DNA of 64,000 nucleotides. It comes from Octopus sinensis (Eukaryota). Positions within the stretch are counted from its first letter, which is position 1; each line of letters begins with the position of its first letter. This document shows, one piece after another, positions 1 to 10,883 of the stretch. Position numbers and translations under genes: made by a program. The stretch spans positions 7,812,001 through 7,876,000 of the forward strand of contig NC_042998.1 of assembly GCF_006345805.1 (NCBI RefSeq), written 5' to 3'. The notes beneath the pieces were generated by a model. That model had not been told where the DNA came from, made no database searches, and saw only the letters and a program-made list of their open reading frames with translations.

Positions 1-1619
1 AGAACAGATTGTTAGATAAGACACTTTAAATAAATTTTATGAAGCCAGAACCTACATAATAGATCAGAGATAAAGAAATTCCGCTCTAAAATAGTACGAA
101 CTTTATCAACAACAGTAATAATACTGTGTGCAACATCTGTTAGCGTTCTCTCAGAGTAAGAGCACGCTTTCTTCCATAGAACAATGAATTAATATTAACA
201 GTGTTTGTGTTATTTTTATATAGATTGAACAAGATAAACCACTTTCCTCTAATTAACAAGTTATATAATAATACGGTTTTCCGAAAATTCCATAATATAC
301 AAAATAGAAGCCTGTAGAGGCTGAAATGGAACAACATTGAAGATTAGTTAAATAAACTTATAGTTTCAAGGACAGTGTGAAATTTTGATGCCCTTAGTTG
401 TAGTTATTATAGTAAGTAATATACCCAAGTTATTAATACAATCAAATTACAAAATGCTACTATCATAAGAATTGAGCCCATATCGAATTCAAAACTAAAT
501 ATTTGATTTTTTTTTTCTTTCATAAATTTTGCCTTCTGTTCTCTAAATAGTATCGTTTACTGACATTGAATATTAAAAGTAAACAATATAGTAATTATCA
601 ATTACGCTTGGTTTATATCAGTTTTGTCTTTTGCTTTTTTTTAATTTCTTATGGCGAAGACGAATTTTCGACAAGCGGAATCAGCAACAGATTTGATTCT
701 AGGTTGAACCAGTTTACTTTATTTATCTTGTATTTCATCTTATTTTCATAGTTTTCAGACGCAGTCTTTAGCTTAGAGGAAGACACTGCTAGGCTGATTT
801 AAACTAAACACTGCATGAAGATGAAACCCTTGGCGGTGACACAAGAGCCACCGATGCGTAACGCGATTAGATTTACTACATTTATTCTAAATGCTGTTAA
901 GTATGAAAAGGTGTCAGTTAAACCTACCTTTTGAACTCAACCTTGGCTCCGCGTATTTATGTGAAGTCAACGACATTAGACATTAAATGATATTTAACAG
1001 ATTCGAATACCAGACTTTCTTTTGATTCTCAAACCCGCCTGGTGAGCAGCTTATTATAAGATGCTTAAGCTTCAACGGTATATATAACTGAAAATCTATA
1101 CGGCAGAAGTCACGAATCGCTAGAAAACAATTTATCCGACAGTGGCTACGATTCATTACACAACTTATGATAGCTATTTTGTATTATACATTGCTTATAA
1201 GAATTTACCAACAGGTAAAGTGCCAGTGTAATAATAACATTACAGACAGGAGAGAAATGAAGGAGAAAAAGAAGACCTTTTTTATAAAAAGCCTTCTTTT
1301 TCTCCTTTCGTCTCTCACCTGTGGGATTAACATTACAATGACACTTTATTTTTCACTCTTCATACGCTGGGTTTCTGACTCTTTAGGCTCTGAGTTCAAA
1401 TCCCATCGAGATCAACTTTGCCATTCATGCTTTCTGGATCTCTAAAACATAGTACTGGTCAAGTACTGGGGTAGATGGCATTCGCTAACAACCTCTCTTC
1501 AAAACTGCTGGCTTTCTGCCTAAATGAGAATCTATCATTATATGCTTGATTTTTATATTACATTGATTTTTGATACAGGCCCAAACTTCAAATGTGACAT
1601 ATATGTATATTGGTGTTTA

Positions 1620-2027
1620 GGCGGTGAGCTGGCAGAAACGTTAGCACGCCGGGCGAAATGCGTAGCCGTGTTTCGTCTGTCGTTACATTGTGAGTTCAAA
1701 TTCCGCCGAGGTCGACTTTGCCTTTCATACTTTCGGGGTCGATAAATTAAGTACCAGTTACGAACTGGGGTCGATAATAATCGACTTAATCCGTTTGTCT
1801 GTCCTTGTTTGTCCTCTCTGTGTTTAGCCCCTTGTGGGTAATAAAGAAATAGGTATTTCGTCTGCCGCTACGTTCTGAGTTCAAATTCCACCGAGGTCGA
1901 CTTTGCCTTTCATCCTTTCGGGGTCGACAAATAAAGTACCAGTTTCGCACTGGGGTCGATATAATCGACTTAATCCGTTTGTCTGTCCTTGTTTTTTCCT
2001 CTATATTTAGAGGGCAATAAAGAAATA
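1620..2027 (+). mobile_element. SINE family A1, dimeric copy (tRNA-like head + two body/tail units)
   Basis: GGCGGTGAGCTGGCAGAAACGTTAG A-box and GAGTTCAAATTCC B-box; GCCTTTCATCCTTTCGGGGTCGAT central domain; second unit restarts at GTATTTCGTCTG; many near-identical copies in the window. Confidence 0.9.
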
Positions 2028-2349
2028 TATATATATACACACACACACCAATATATATATATATTGGTGTGTGTATGTGTGTGTATGTATGGCATAACAA
2101 GAAGTTGGAAAATTTCCAGAATTTTAAGCTCTAGTATGTATTTTAACATCAATACAACGACAGGAACTACATTGTGAATTGTAATACTAGAATAAGTAAA
2201 TGTGCTTATAGAGGGCACGGCTTGAATTTTACTCTGCCTATATTATGTGTGTGTGTGTGTTTGTGTTTGTGTGTGAATTAAAAGACAAAAGACAAAGTTA
2301 AAGTGGGTGGGATTCGAACGTAAAATGTAAAGGGCCATACCGAAATATC

Positions 2350-2770
2350 TATTTCTTTACTACTCACAAGGTGCTAAACACAGAAAGGACAAACAAGGAC
2401 AGACAAACGGATTAAGTCGATTACATCGACCGCAGTGCGTAACTGGTACTTAATTTATCGACCCCGAAAGGATGAAAGGCAAAGTCGACCTCGGCGGAAT
2501 TGGAACTCAGAACGCAGCGGCAGACGAAATACCTATCTCTATTTCTTTATTGTCCATAAGGGGCTAAACACAGAGAGGACAAACAATGACAGAAAAGGGG
2601 ATTAAGTCGATTACATCGACCCCAGTGCGTAATTGGTACTTAATTTATCGACCCCGAAAGGATGAAAGGCAAAGTCGACCTCGGTGGAATTTGAACTCAG
2701 AACGTAACGGCAGTCGTAATACAACTACGCATTTCGCCCTGCGTGCTAACGTTTCTGCCAGCTCGCCGCC
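2350..2770 (-). mobile_element. SINE family A1, dimeric copy
   Basis: Reverse complement of the 1620-2027 element. Confidence 0.9.
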
Positions 2771-2781
2771 TTGTCTATGTC

Positions 2782-2898
<117 letters not shown>

Positions 2899-3907
2899 TG
2901 TGTGTGTGTGTCAATTGAAGGGCAAAAGGCAAAGATAAATTGGGCGGGATTTGAACGTAAAACGTAAAGGGCCATATCTAAATACCGCCAGATCTTTTTA
3001 CAGTTTTGTTATTGCGCGAAATAAAATGTATGTAGCCCACTGGTCTCTCTCTCTCTTTTTTGTTTTTGCACCAACGTCACGTGAAAGATTACATTACACT
3101 TCCGACCAGCTTAATTATATTTTCTCATAAGGAAACAGTACTCATAAACGATATAACGATAACTTCAGAGGTGGAGAACACGTGTATCGTAAGTCAGTTT
3201 GTCTGCGATAAAAACTTCCTCTTTACGCCAAACCATGCGCTCTGGGTCCTCAGACAAGCAGAGAGTTTGTATATCTGTAGTACTAGATCTGAGGATCGTA
3301 TCAAGTCATCCAACCGACAAATTGCATGCTACAGGTCAGCATGATCCGATCAGATCAGGGCAACACAGAAACAACAGCAAAAGCAACAGAATATCTTATG
3401 TTTGGGTAACAAATTTACGTAATAGTTTCCTGGGTTGATAACATCTACGGGATTAAAATCAAGCAGCGTGTCACTTGATATCTTCTCTTATTTCTGCTTT
3501 GAAATTCTTCCAAGTTATTCTGTGCCTATATATTAAGTATAGAGATACGTATTTCACTACACGCATCTGTATGTAAAGATATCAGTAAATATATTGTGTG
3601 CGTTAGTGTTTCCGTGTATACATATATAAACTGCTTACATACAAGAGTTTATCATTTAGATATGTATTTTGGTGTATGTTTAAGCTATGAAGGGGATTAT
3701 TTCATTGAAAAAATATCGCAGAGTGCTTATCGTCGGGAAGGAATAAAGTGTTACAGACTACAAAAAATTAAAAGTGTGGGTGGACTGAAATCAACAGTGT
3801 GGGTAGAAGTTTTGATAAAATTAAATTGTAAAAATAATCATTATTCTTCATACATAAGTATTAGGCCAGGTGGGACAACTCGCCTTGGATCAAATCCAGT
3901 CGTGTTA

Positions 3908-3944
<37 letters not shown>

Positions 3945-4105
3945 TAATGTTTGTTTTTAGGTTCAGTTGTAATGAAAGCAATTTTACATTAATCTGATGG
4001 ATTACACTATAACTTATGTAAAGTACAAATTTATTATTGCTAAACACAAATATTATTTACATTATTTACATTTGACAGATATTTGTCCCCATCTTGTTTG
4101 TTGAT

Positions 4106-4151
4106 AACACAACGTTTCGGCTGCTATACTCTCCAACCTTCTTCAGGTGTC
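4106..4151 (-). ncRNA. Minimal type-I hammerhead ribozyme (left arm)
   Basis: GACAC-CTGAAGA-A-GGTTG/CAGCC-GAA-ACGT-T-GTGTT: canonical core, 5-bp helices I and II, palindromic ACGT helix III. Confidence 0.75.
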
Positions 4152-4448
4152 TTGGGGAAATTTCGAACCTGGGTTCTCATTCCTAAGGTATTTTTCGATG
4201 TTGTTGTTGTTATTATTATTATTATTATTATTATTAGTGTTCAGGTCACTGCTTGGAATCGAACTCGGAATCTTGGGGTTAGTAGCCCGCGCTCTTAACC
4301 CCAAGATTCCGAGTTGGATTCCAAGAAGTGACCTGAACACTAACAAAAACAACAATAACAACAACAACAATAATAATAATAATAATAACAATAACATCGA
4401 AAAATATCATACCTTAAGAATGAGAACCCAGGTTCGAAATTTCCCCAA

Positions 4449-4494
4449 GACACCTGAAGACGGCTGGAGGGTATATCAGCTGAAACGTTGTGTT
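4449..4494 (+). ncRNA. Minimal type-I hammerhead ribozyme (right arm)
   Basis: GACAC-CTGAAGA-C-GGCTG/CAGCT-GAA-ACGT-T-GTGTT. Confidence 0.75.
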
Positions 4495-4587
4495 AACAAC
4501 AAACAAGATGGGGACAAATATCCGTCGAATGTAAATAATGTAAATAATGCGCATAATTCCTCATCTCTTAAATATAGAATTGTACAA

Positions 4588-4912
4588 ATATTATTGACAG
4601 TGAATTCGAAGTTTCGGCCTGTTAATCTATCGCGGGTTTGCGATTCATGGTAGGTAATTTTGGCTTTAAATAATCTCTAAGTTAAAATCTTCTAAACAAT
4701 ATCATAACACCAAATTTAATCAATGAAAATTTCGTCAAAACACCTCTTTCTCACAACCGACCCTAAAACCTAATTACCATTCCAAACAAATCTAAATGCC
4801 CAAGGAAGATTTTAACTCTACACAGACTATATAAAGCCAATATTAACTTCAATGCATCGCGGTCCGATGACGGCTTAACTGGTCGAAACTTGAATGTCAC
4901 TGTCAATAATAT
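4588..4912. mobile_element. MITE-like element with ~40-bp imperfect terminal inverted repeats
   Basis: AAATATTATTGACAGTGAATTCGAAGTTTCGGCCTGTTAA versus TTAACTGGTCGAAACTTGAATGTCACTGTCAATAATATTT; no clear TSD. Confidence 0.55.
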
Positions 4913-4937
4913 TTTTGCTTTAAAATTATATATATAC

Positions 4938-4969
<32 letters not shown>

Positions 4970-4994
4970 GCGTGTATGTATGTATGTGTGTGTG

Positions 4995-5197
4995 CACGTT
5001 GCTCCAGTTCACTCATCTGTAGAAATGAGTTGCGACCTCACAGGAGCCAAGCTGTATTAGCCTTTGCCTTTCCCATGGATAATACTGGTGGCGTGGAGAG
5101 GGGAGGCCGGTATGCATGGGCGACTGCTGGTCTTCTATAAACAACCTTGCCCGGACTTGCAATCCCATGGTCTGTGTCATGACCGACGGGGATCTCA
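4995..5197 (+). mobile_element. 5'-truncated SINE fragment (family E)
   Basis: GCTCCAGTTCACTCATCTGTAGAAATGAG followed by a GC-rich tail ending before (TA)n; recognised by resemblance only. Confidence 0.5.
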
Positions 5198-5307
5198 GAA
5201 TATATATATATATATATATATATATCTAATGTAGGATAAAATTTTTTTCGAAAAAAATTTATCAATGGCCAGCATATTAAAAAATACCTTTAAAGGTTTA
5301 ATTATAA

Positions 5308-5464
5308 ACAACTTATAAATAAGGGCAAACGAATAATTTTCTAATGCCAAATATGCCGGAAATTGGACATATTGTCCATTTACCAGATAATTATATGGTA
5401 AATGTCCAATTTTCGGCATATTTGGCATTAGAAAATTTTTCGTTTACCCTTATTTATAAGTTGT
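5308..5464. repeat. 157-bp near-perfect fold-back palindrome
   Basis: ACAACTTATAAATAAGGG...GGACAT / ATGTCC...CCCTTATTTATAAGTTGT with inner hairpin CATTTACCA/TGGTAAATG. Confidence 0.9.
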
Positions 5465-5778
5465 ATATATATATATATATATATACATACATACAAAAAA
5501 TAGGATACATCACATTTATGGTTGAAGTAGAGTCTGTCGAAAGGGTGAAATAGTTCAGTACCTTGTGAATGAAACGATGAAACGTAAAAATCGTGATGTT
5601 GATAGACATATTTCAGCAAATTTTACAAAACGAAGCCCTGTCGTAACTACGACTGTAAAATCAACGAAACGTTGGACGTCTTACACCACATATGTTTCAG
5701 AAAAATACTGAAAATTTGTAGACTGATTGTATAAGGAACGAAGTAATAGCCCCAAGAAAAATATTTTTGTGATATATT

Positions 5779-6172
5779 CAACTTTGACATCGAGAGTTAC
5801 ACAAATGCCAGAACTGGGCGCCACTGCATAGTGCCAAGGACTCCAAATTTGCCATCAAGATGTAGGACAAGATACTGTGATAGCCTGGGCTTCCGAGGCC
5901 CACAGCTCTTCAATACCCTCCCGAAGAACCTAAGAGACCTGCATGGGGTGGATGCAGATGTCTTTAAAATAAAACTAGATCTCTTCCTGTCAGGTGTCCC
6001 AGATGAACCAACTTCACGGCAGGAGGTGCAGATGAGGGCAACTGCATCGAACTCTCTCATGCACCAAATGGCAATTGCTAAAAAGCATTCGTGAAGTAAA
6101 ATCATGTAGCAACACCAAATGGCGGTGCCCCAGCATGGCCACAGCTTGTGAGCTGAAACTAGATAAAAAAAA
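5779..6172 (+). mobile_element. 5'-truncated CR1-group LINE 3' end (ORF2 C-terminus, 3' UTR, A-tail)
   Basis: Open frame GRHCIVP...GFRGPQLFNTLPKNLRDL...FKIKLDLFLSGVPDEP...SNSL, typical of CR1/L2-group ORF2 ends; stop at 6094; poly-A at 6165. Confidence 0.85.
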
Positions 6173-6754
6173 AATTTTTTTAATAAAAATGATGGTGACG
6201 AAACGAAGAAAGTAACTTACAGGTCCCCTTCTGCGGTAAAGAAATTATGTGTGTGTGTGTGTGTGTGTTGGAGAAAATAGCATTATAATATAAACTACAA
6301 GGAGAAATAGATGCATAAGAAGAGGAGGCCACGGGGTGAGTAGCATTTCAGGAGGATCTAAATGCTTTGAGCTGAAAATAGGACGAAGCAACTGATTGAG
6401 AACAGCGGAGGAGTGCTGCAATACGATGCGCAATACGAGCAGATGCACACACATACACACACACGGGTGTGTATGTGTGTGTGCAAAAATTCACACATGC
6501 TCACACACTTATGCATCAGATTAGTTATATTAATCAGTCGATTAAGTAAACCAGTAATATCAAAATCCTAGTACAGAAGATTTATTTATCTCCACCTAAG
6601 CGTGGATGTTCTGTCAGAATAAACTTTACTGCGGTGGTTACCATAAGAGAAACTCCCATATTGGCTTTTGGTGCAAAATGCATGCTTGTTTAAATCGCTA
6701 GCGGGGAGATAAATATCCGCGCCAAATCCAGTGTCCAGACCACAGATCACATGA

Positions 6755-7170
6755 GGCGGCGAGTTGGCAGAAGCGTTAGTACGCTGGTCGAAATGCTTAG
6801 CGGTATTTCGTCTGCCGCTGCGTTCTGAGTTCAAATTCCGCCGTGGTAGACTTTGCCTTTCATACTTTCGGGGTCGCGTAAATAAGTACCAATTGCGCAC
6901 TGGGGTCGATATAATCAACTTAATCCGTTTGTCTGTCCTTGTTTGTCCTCTCTGTGTTTAGCCCCTTGTGGTTAGTAAAGAAATAGGTATTTCGTCTGTC
7001 TTTACGTTCTGAGTTCAATATCCGCCGAGGTCGACTTTGCCTTTCATCCTTTCGGAGATCGATAAATTAAGTACCAGTTACGCACTGGGGTCGATGTAAT
7101 CGACTTAATCCGTTTGTCTGTCCTTGTTTGTCTCCTCTATGTTTAGCCCCTTGTGGGTAATAAAGAAATA
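6755..7170 (+). mobile_element. SINE family A1, dimeric copy with 11-bp TSD
   Basis: TSD AGATCACATGA at 6744-6754 and 7171-7181. Confidence 0.92.
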
Positions 7171-8183
7171 AGATCACATGATTTCGACCTTCCTTGGTTT
7201 TGTCAATGATGGGCGCTTGACTACTAGATAAACAAGAGTGCATTTTGCATGAAAAGTCAATATGAGAATTTCTCTCATGCTATCTACTACAGCATAATTT
7301 GTTTTAACTGAACATCCACATTTAAGTCGGGATAAATATTACCCCTTGGTATTAATACTGTCTCTGTCGCTAATATATGTTCTTTAAAAATGTTATTACT
7401 TCGAGAAGTACTTTTGTTCACACACACCCACACAAAGTATATGTACGATTATTTTTCTATGTAGACGTGCATGATACCCAATGCAAAATTTCTATGACGC
7501 CGTAAACCGCAGACAAGTAGGCATTACTAATAAGGTGTCAATTCCGCTGATATGGTGTTATAGATTGTATGCAAATTGACTGCATTCCCAAAGCAGTCTG
7601 TAAGTTGTATTCTTACTGCTGGGGATCCTCTCAAATACTATAAAAACTCTTTGAAGCGAAACCTGAAACTGTCATACAAACAAATCTGAGGCCTTTATTC
7701 ACATTCAGCGCCTGCTTATAGAAAGCTGGGGAATGAATACTCTGTATAAAGGACATTGAACTTCTGGAGGAGATTCGTATATGAAGCCCTTTGAGAGTAA
7801 AGAAGGGAAACCCGCCGTAGCAGACCCACATTAAATACCATACTTTATGTCGTTTAGATCACCCTCTTATGCGCATTTCAATGTTCTACAGTTGCTATTG
7901 TTTTTAGCAACCGTGTAATATATATATGGGCGAATTGCATGTTTGCCTGTCTGTGCACGTGAACGCATGCGCACGCGTGTGCATGTACATATATACATGA
8001 TGTGCATGATACATATATATATACATGATATATGCATGTAAATATATACATGATACACACACACATGTATAGTTTTATTAAACATTCCAAGCCGAACGAA
8101 TAAGCTACCTTTAGTGTTCGAGTATAATTTTTTCCACCTTGTTTTGTACTTGTGTGGTCGCCTCTGTGTGTATGCGTGCGTGC

Positions 8184-8248
<65 letters not shown>

Positions 8249-8254
<6 letters not shown>

Positions 8255-8357
8255 ACCGACCAGACCATCAGATGTTGCTACCCATCGCTGGTCACAATGC
8301 GTTCGCATTGTTTTAGCCTTCGAATGACGCCACCCCGCTGGCTAAGCGAGCAGGCCA
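8249..8357 (-). mobile_element. SINE family C2, 3' tail fragment
   Basis: Matches the tail of the 10884-11179 copy. Confidence 0.8.
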
Positions 8358-8560
8358 ATATATATATATATATATATATACACGCACACCCATGTACATA
8401 TATCCAATATATATCGATATATTTGTATAAATGATATAAATGCATATTTATATATATATATGTGTGTGTGTGTGTATGTGTTTATACAAGTGTGTATTTG
8501 CTCGCGCGAGAATGTGTGCGTGTGCCAGGCGGATTCTGGGAGGAAAGAGAAGATAACTCG

Positions 8561-8722
8561 AGAAGGAAGAAGAAGAAGAAGAAGAAGTAGGAGAAGAAGA
8601 AGAAGAAGGAGGAGAAGGAGAAGAAGGAGAAGAAGAAGAAGAAGAAGAAGAAGAAGAAGAAGGAGGAGGAGGAGAAGGAGAAGAAGAAGGAGAAGAAGAA
8701 GAAGAAGAAGAAGAAGAAGAAG
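8561..8722 (+). repeat. (GAA/GGA)n purine tract
   Basis: Direct reading. Confidence 0.95.
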
Positions 8723-9032
8723 CTGGAGGCTATGGTTGATACTGATGCCGATGCGCTTCATATATAACCAGTTGGAAATAGCAAAGCCTGTTTTGAAGAT
8801 TCAGACAGACATGGATATTCTCTCTGAACTCATTAGTGGAGTATGTCGGTCGATGAGTGGATTAAGAAGTTGAATGAACGTCTGTTTGCTCTAGTATGAG
8901 ATGTATATTTGTTCAGAAGTATAAGAATTGTTCGGATTCAGATCTTCTCCGTACTTCACAAAGAGTTAGGGTTGAAGTATTATACTGCTCTACTAGGGGA
9001 AACTAGTACTTCTGATGCAGCTACATACACAC

Positions 9033-9074
<42 letters not shown>

Positions 9075-9077
<3 letters not shown>

Positions 9078-9269
9078 GTGACCGCGTGTGTACCGTTGGC
9101 GATTTTTTTTCCTCTGTCTTCCCTTCTCTGGATCTTTCCTTCTATGTTTCCGACGAAGAGCTCCGCTCGAAATATTAAACCCTCCTTCCTGAGCGTCCAA
9201 TAACACTATATTTGTTCCACGTCCTCGCGTTGTTGTGTTTTCTCTTTGTGTTTTCATGTTTGGATTAAC
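9075..9269 (+). mobile_element. ~195-bp non-coding element, hammerhead family 2 (Penelope pLTR-like)
   Basis: Near-identical to 24653-24851; both copies end TTGGATTAAC before (TA)n. Confidence 0.8.
9146..9180 (+). ncRNA. Minimal hammerhead ribozyme, U4C core variant
   Basis: GTTT-CCGACGA-A-GAGC(TCC)GCTC-GAA-ATAT-T-AAAC. Confidence 0.6.
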
Positions 9270-9289
9270 GATATATATATATATATATA

Positions 9290-9570
9290 TCTGAAACTTA
9301 TTCAATGCATCAACTTTTTCGAACCGCCTGATTTCGGGTATGTCTACAGCGGTTGTCGAATAGTGAAGACAAACTGCCATACACCCACAAACACGTACGT
9401 ATCTATGTACATAAAGTGGCATACTTATACCCCCCCCCACACACACACAAACATATACGAGGAATTTCCACAGTTCCTCTCTATCAAATTCACTCACAAG
9501 TCTATTAGTCAGGACTGAACCTGAAACCTCGTGGTTGCAAGCGAACTCTTTAACTATGCAGCTATACCCG
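9290..9570 (-). mobile_element. Degenerate SINE family B
   Basis: Residual similarity to family B (CCGCCTGATTTCGGG, GGTTGTCGAA, GACTGAACCTGAAACC). Confidence 0.55.
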
Positions 9571-9679
9571 TGCCTATATCTGTAGTTGTAAGAAATTACA
9601 AATTCTGCTACATAGAATTTATAGCAGCTTTGAATTTTTATTTGTGTGCCGTTGCTCATGTCTAGAGAATATATCGCAC

Positions 9680-10450
9680 AATACTGCTGCCTTGATGTGT
9701 GTTGTCATTGTTTATCTAGGGTGATGAAAGGGAGTAGGTTATCGTGTACCCGTTGGAAAATGTTCCCAAGGTCATTGTTCAGAGATGCATTGTATGTCAG
9801 GCGTGAGTTGCTTAGATTACTTGTGGATGACGGTTATCTGCGGAGTAGTTAAGGACAGTAATAACTGAATAAGAGTTTATATTGTTAGGGAAGACGACAA
9901 GTAGGTCATTTATGTGCAGAAAGAAATATGGTTGCAGTGGTGGTGGTGGGCGAAGGGACATCCCAGAACGTTGGTTTCACCAAAGCTAATGGATGGAAGC
10001 ACTCCGTCGGTTACGACGATGAGGGTTCCGGTTGATCCGAATCAACGGAACAGCCTGCTCGTGAAATTAACGTGTAAGTGGCTGAGCACTCCACAGACAC
10101 GTGCACCCTTAACGTAGTTCTCGGGGATATTCAGCGTGATACAGAGAGTGACAAGGCCGGCCCCTTGAAATACAGGTACAACAGAAACAGGAAGTAAGAG
10201 TGAGAGAAAGTTGTGGTGAAAGAGTACAGTAGGGATCACCAGCATCACCTGCCGGAGCCTCGTTGAGCTTTTAGGTGTTTTCGCTCAATAAACACTCACA
10301 ATGCCCGGTCTGGGAATCGAAACCGCGGTCCTATGACCGCGAGTCCGCTGCCCTAACCACTGGGCCATTGCGCCTCCTCCCAAAGCTAAGAGAGTCTGGG
10401 TCGACGAAACTTTATCGGCACCCGCTGTAATGGTGCTTTCTAACAGTTAA
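9680..10450 (-). pseudogene. Decayed CR1/L2-type reverse transcriptase fragment, interrupted by a SINE
   Basis: Minus-strand frames give DVP-SPT..IFL-HINDLL..NSYS (cf. GVPQGSVLSPxLFLxYINDL..YADD) and LNNDLGNIFQ-VHDNLL; stops and frameshifts. Confidence 0.55.
9990..10379 (-). mobile_element. SINE family C1 (tRNA-Arg-like head), full length, 10-bp TSD
   Basis: TGGCCCAGTGGTTAGG A-box, GTTTCGATTCC B-box; TSD CCAAAGCTAA at 9980-9989 and 10380-10389. Confidence 0.9.
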
Positions 10451-10883
10451 TTTCACATTTAAAAGAAGTGAAGTAGATTTACAGCAAGCATTGCAGATAA
10501 TATAGAATAACATTAACTGCCGGAGGAATTATACTGTAAATGTTAGTTAGTACAGTTAAACTGGCAGAAATATATTACAGAATCTAAAATTGAGGAAATG
10601 GAATGGCACGAGCTCCGTAATATAATCCGTTACTATGTCTACGGGCAAGTGGTATATACATAAGTATTTCATACGTAAGTCATACACGCGTAAATCCTGT
10701 CTGTGGGCATCTTTATAATATTTCAATTTAGTGCTTATAAAATCTAAATTCAATTCTCTAGCTGGTTCTTATGCCAAAATAGTCGAACATTTACTGATGT
10801 CAGCTGCAGCAAAGTTCTTCCGTCCGAGTTCTCCAAGCTGTATGAAAGGTATATACGAATAAGTTTGTTATACATCTGGTTAT

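Larger units (their letters stand above)
4052..4580. mobile_element. Palindromic (head-to-head) tRNA-headed element with Penelope-like hammerhead-bearing tail
   Basis: 4052-4281 and 4296-4548 are inverted copies with a 14-nt spacer. Each arm has a tRNA-like head (B-box GAGTTCGATTCC), (AAC/AAT)n and a CTGAAGA...GAAACGTT motif. Confidence 0.8.

Noticed and set aside
1620-1715. tRNA genes at SINE heads (A/B boxes)
   Set aside because: No complete cloverleaf or acceptor stem; they continue into SINE bodies
2039-2075. Palindrome ACACACCAATATATATATATATTGGTGTGT
   Set aside because: Mostly self-complementary microsatellite next to a SINE end and its probable TSD
4147-4653. 168-aa ORF
   Set aside because: Runs through the palindrome and triplet repeats of a non-coding element
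6221-6230. 10-nt minus-strand micro-exon between TTTCTTTACCGCAG and GTAAGT
   Set aside because: Not a multiple of 3, no neighbouring exons, and plausible by chance in 128 kb of strand sequence
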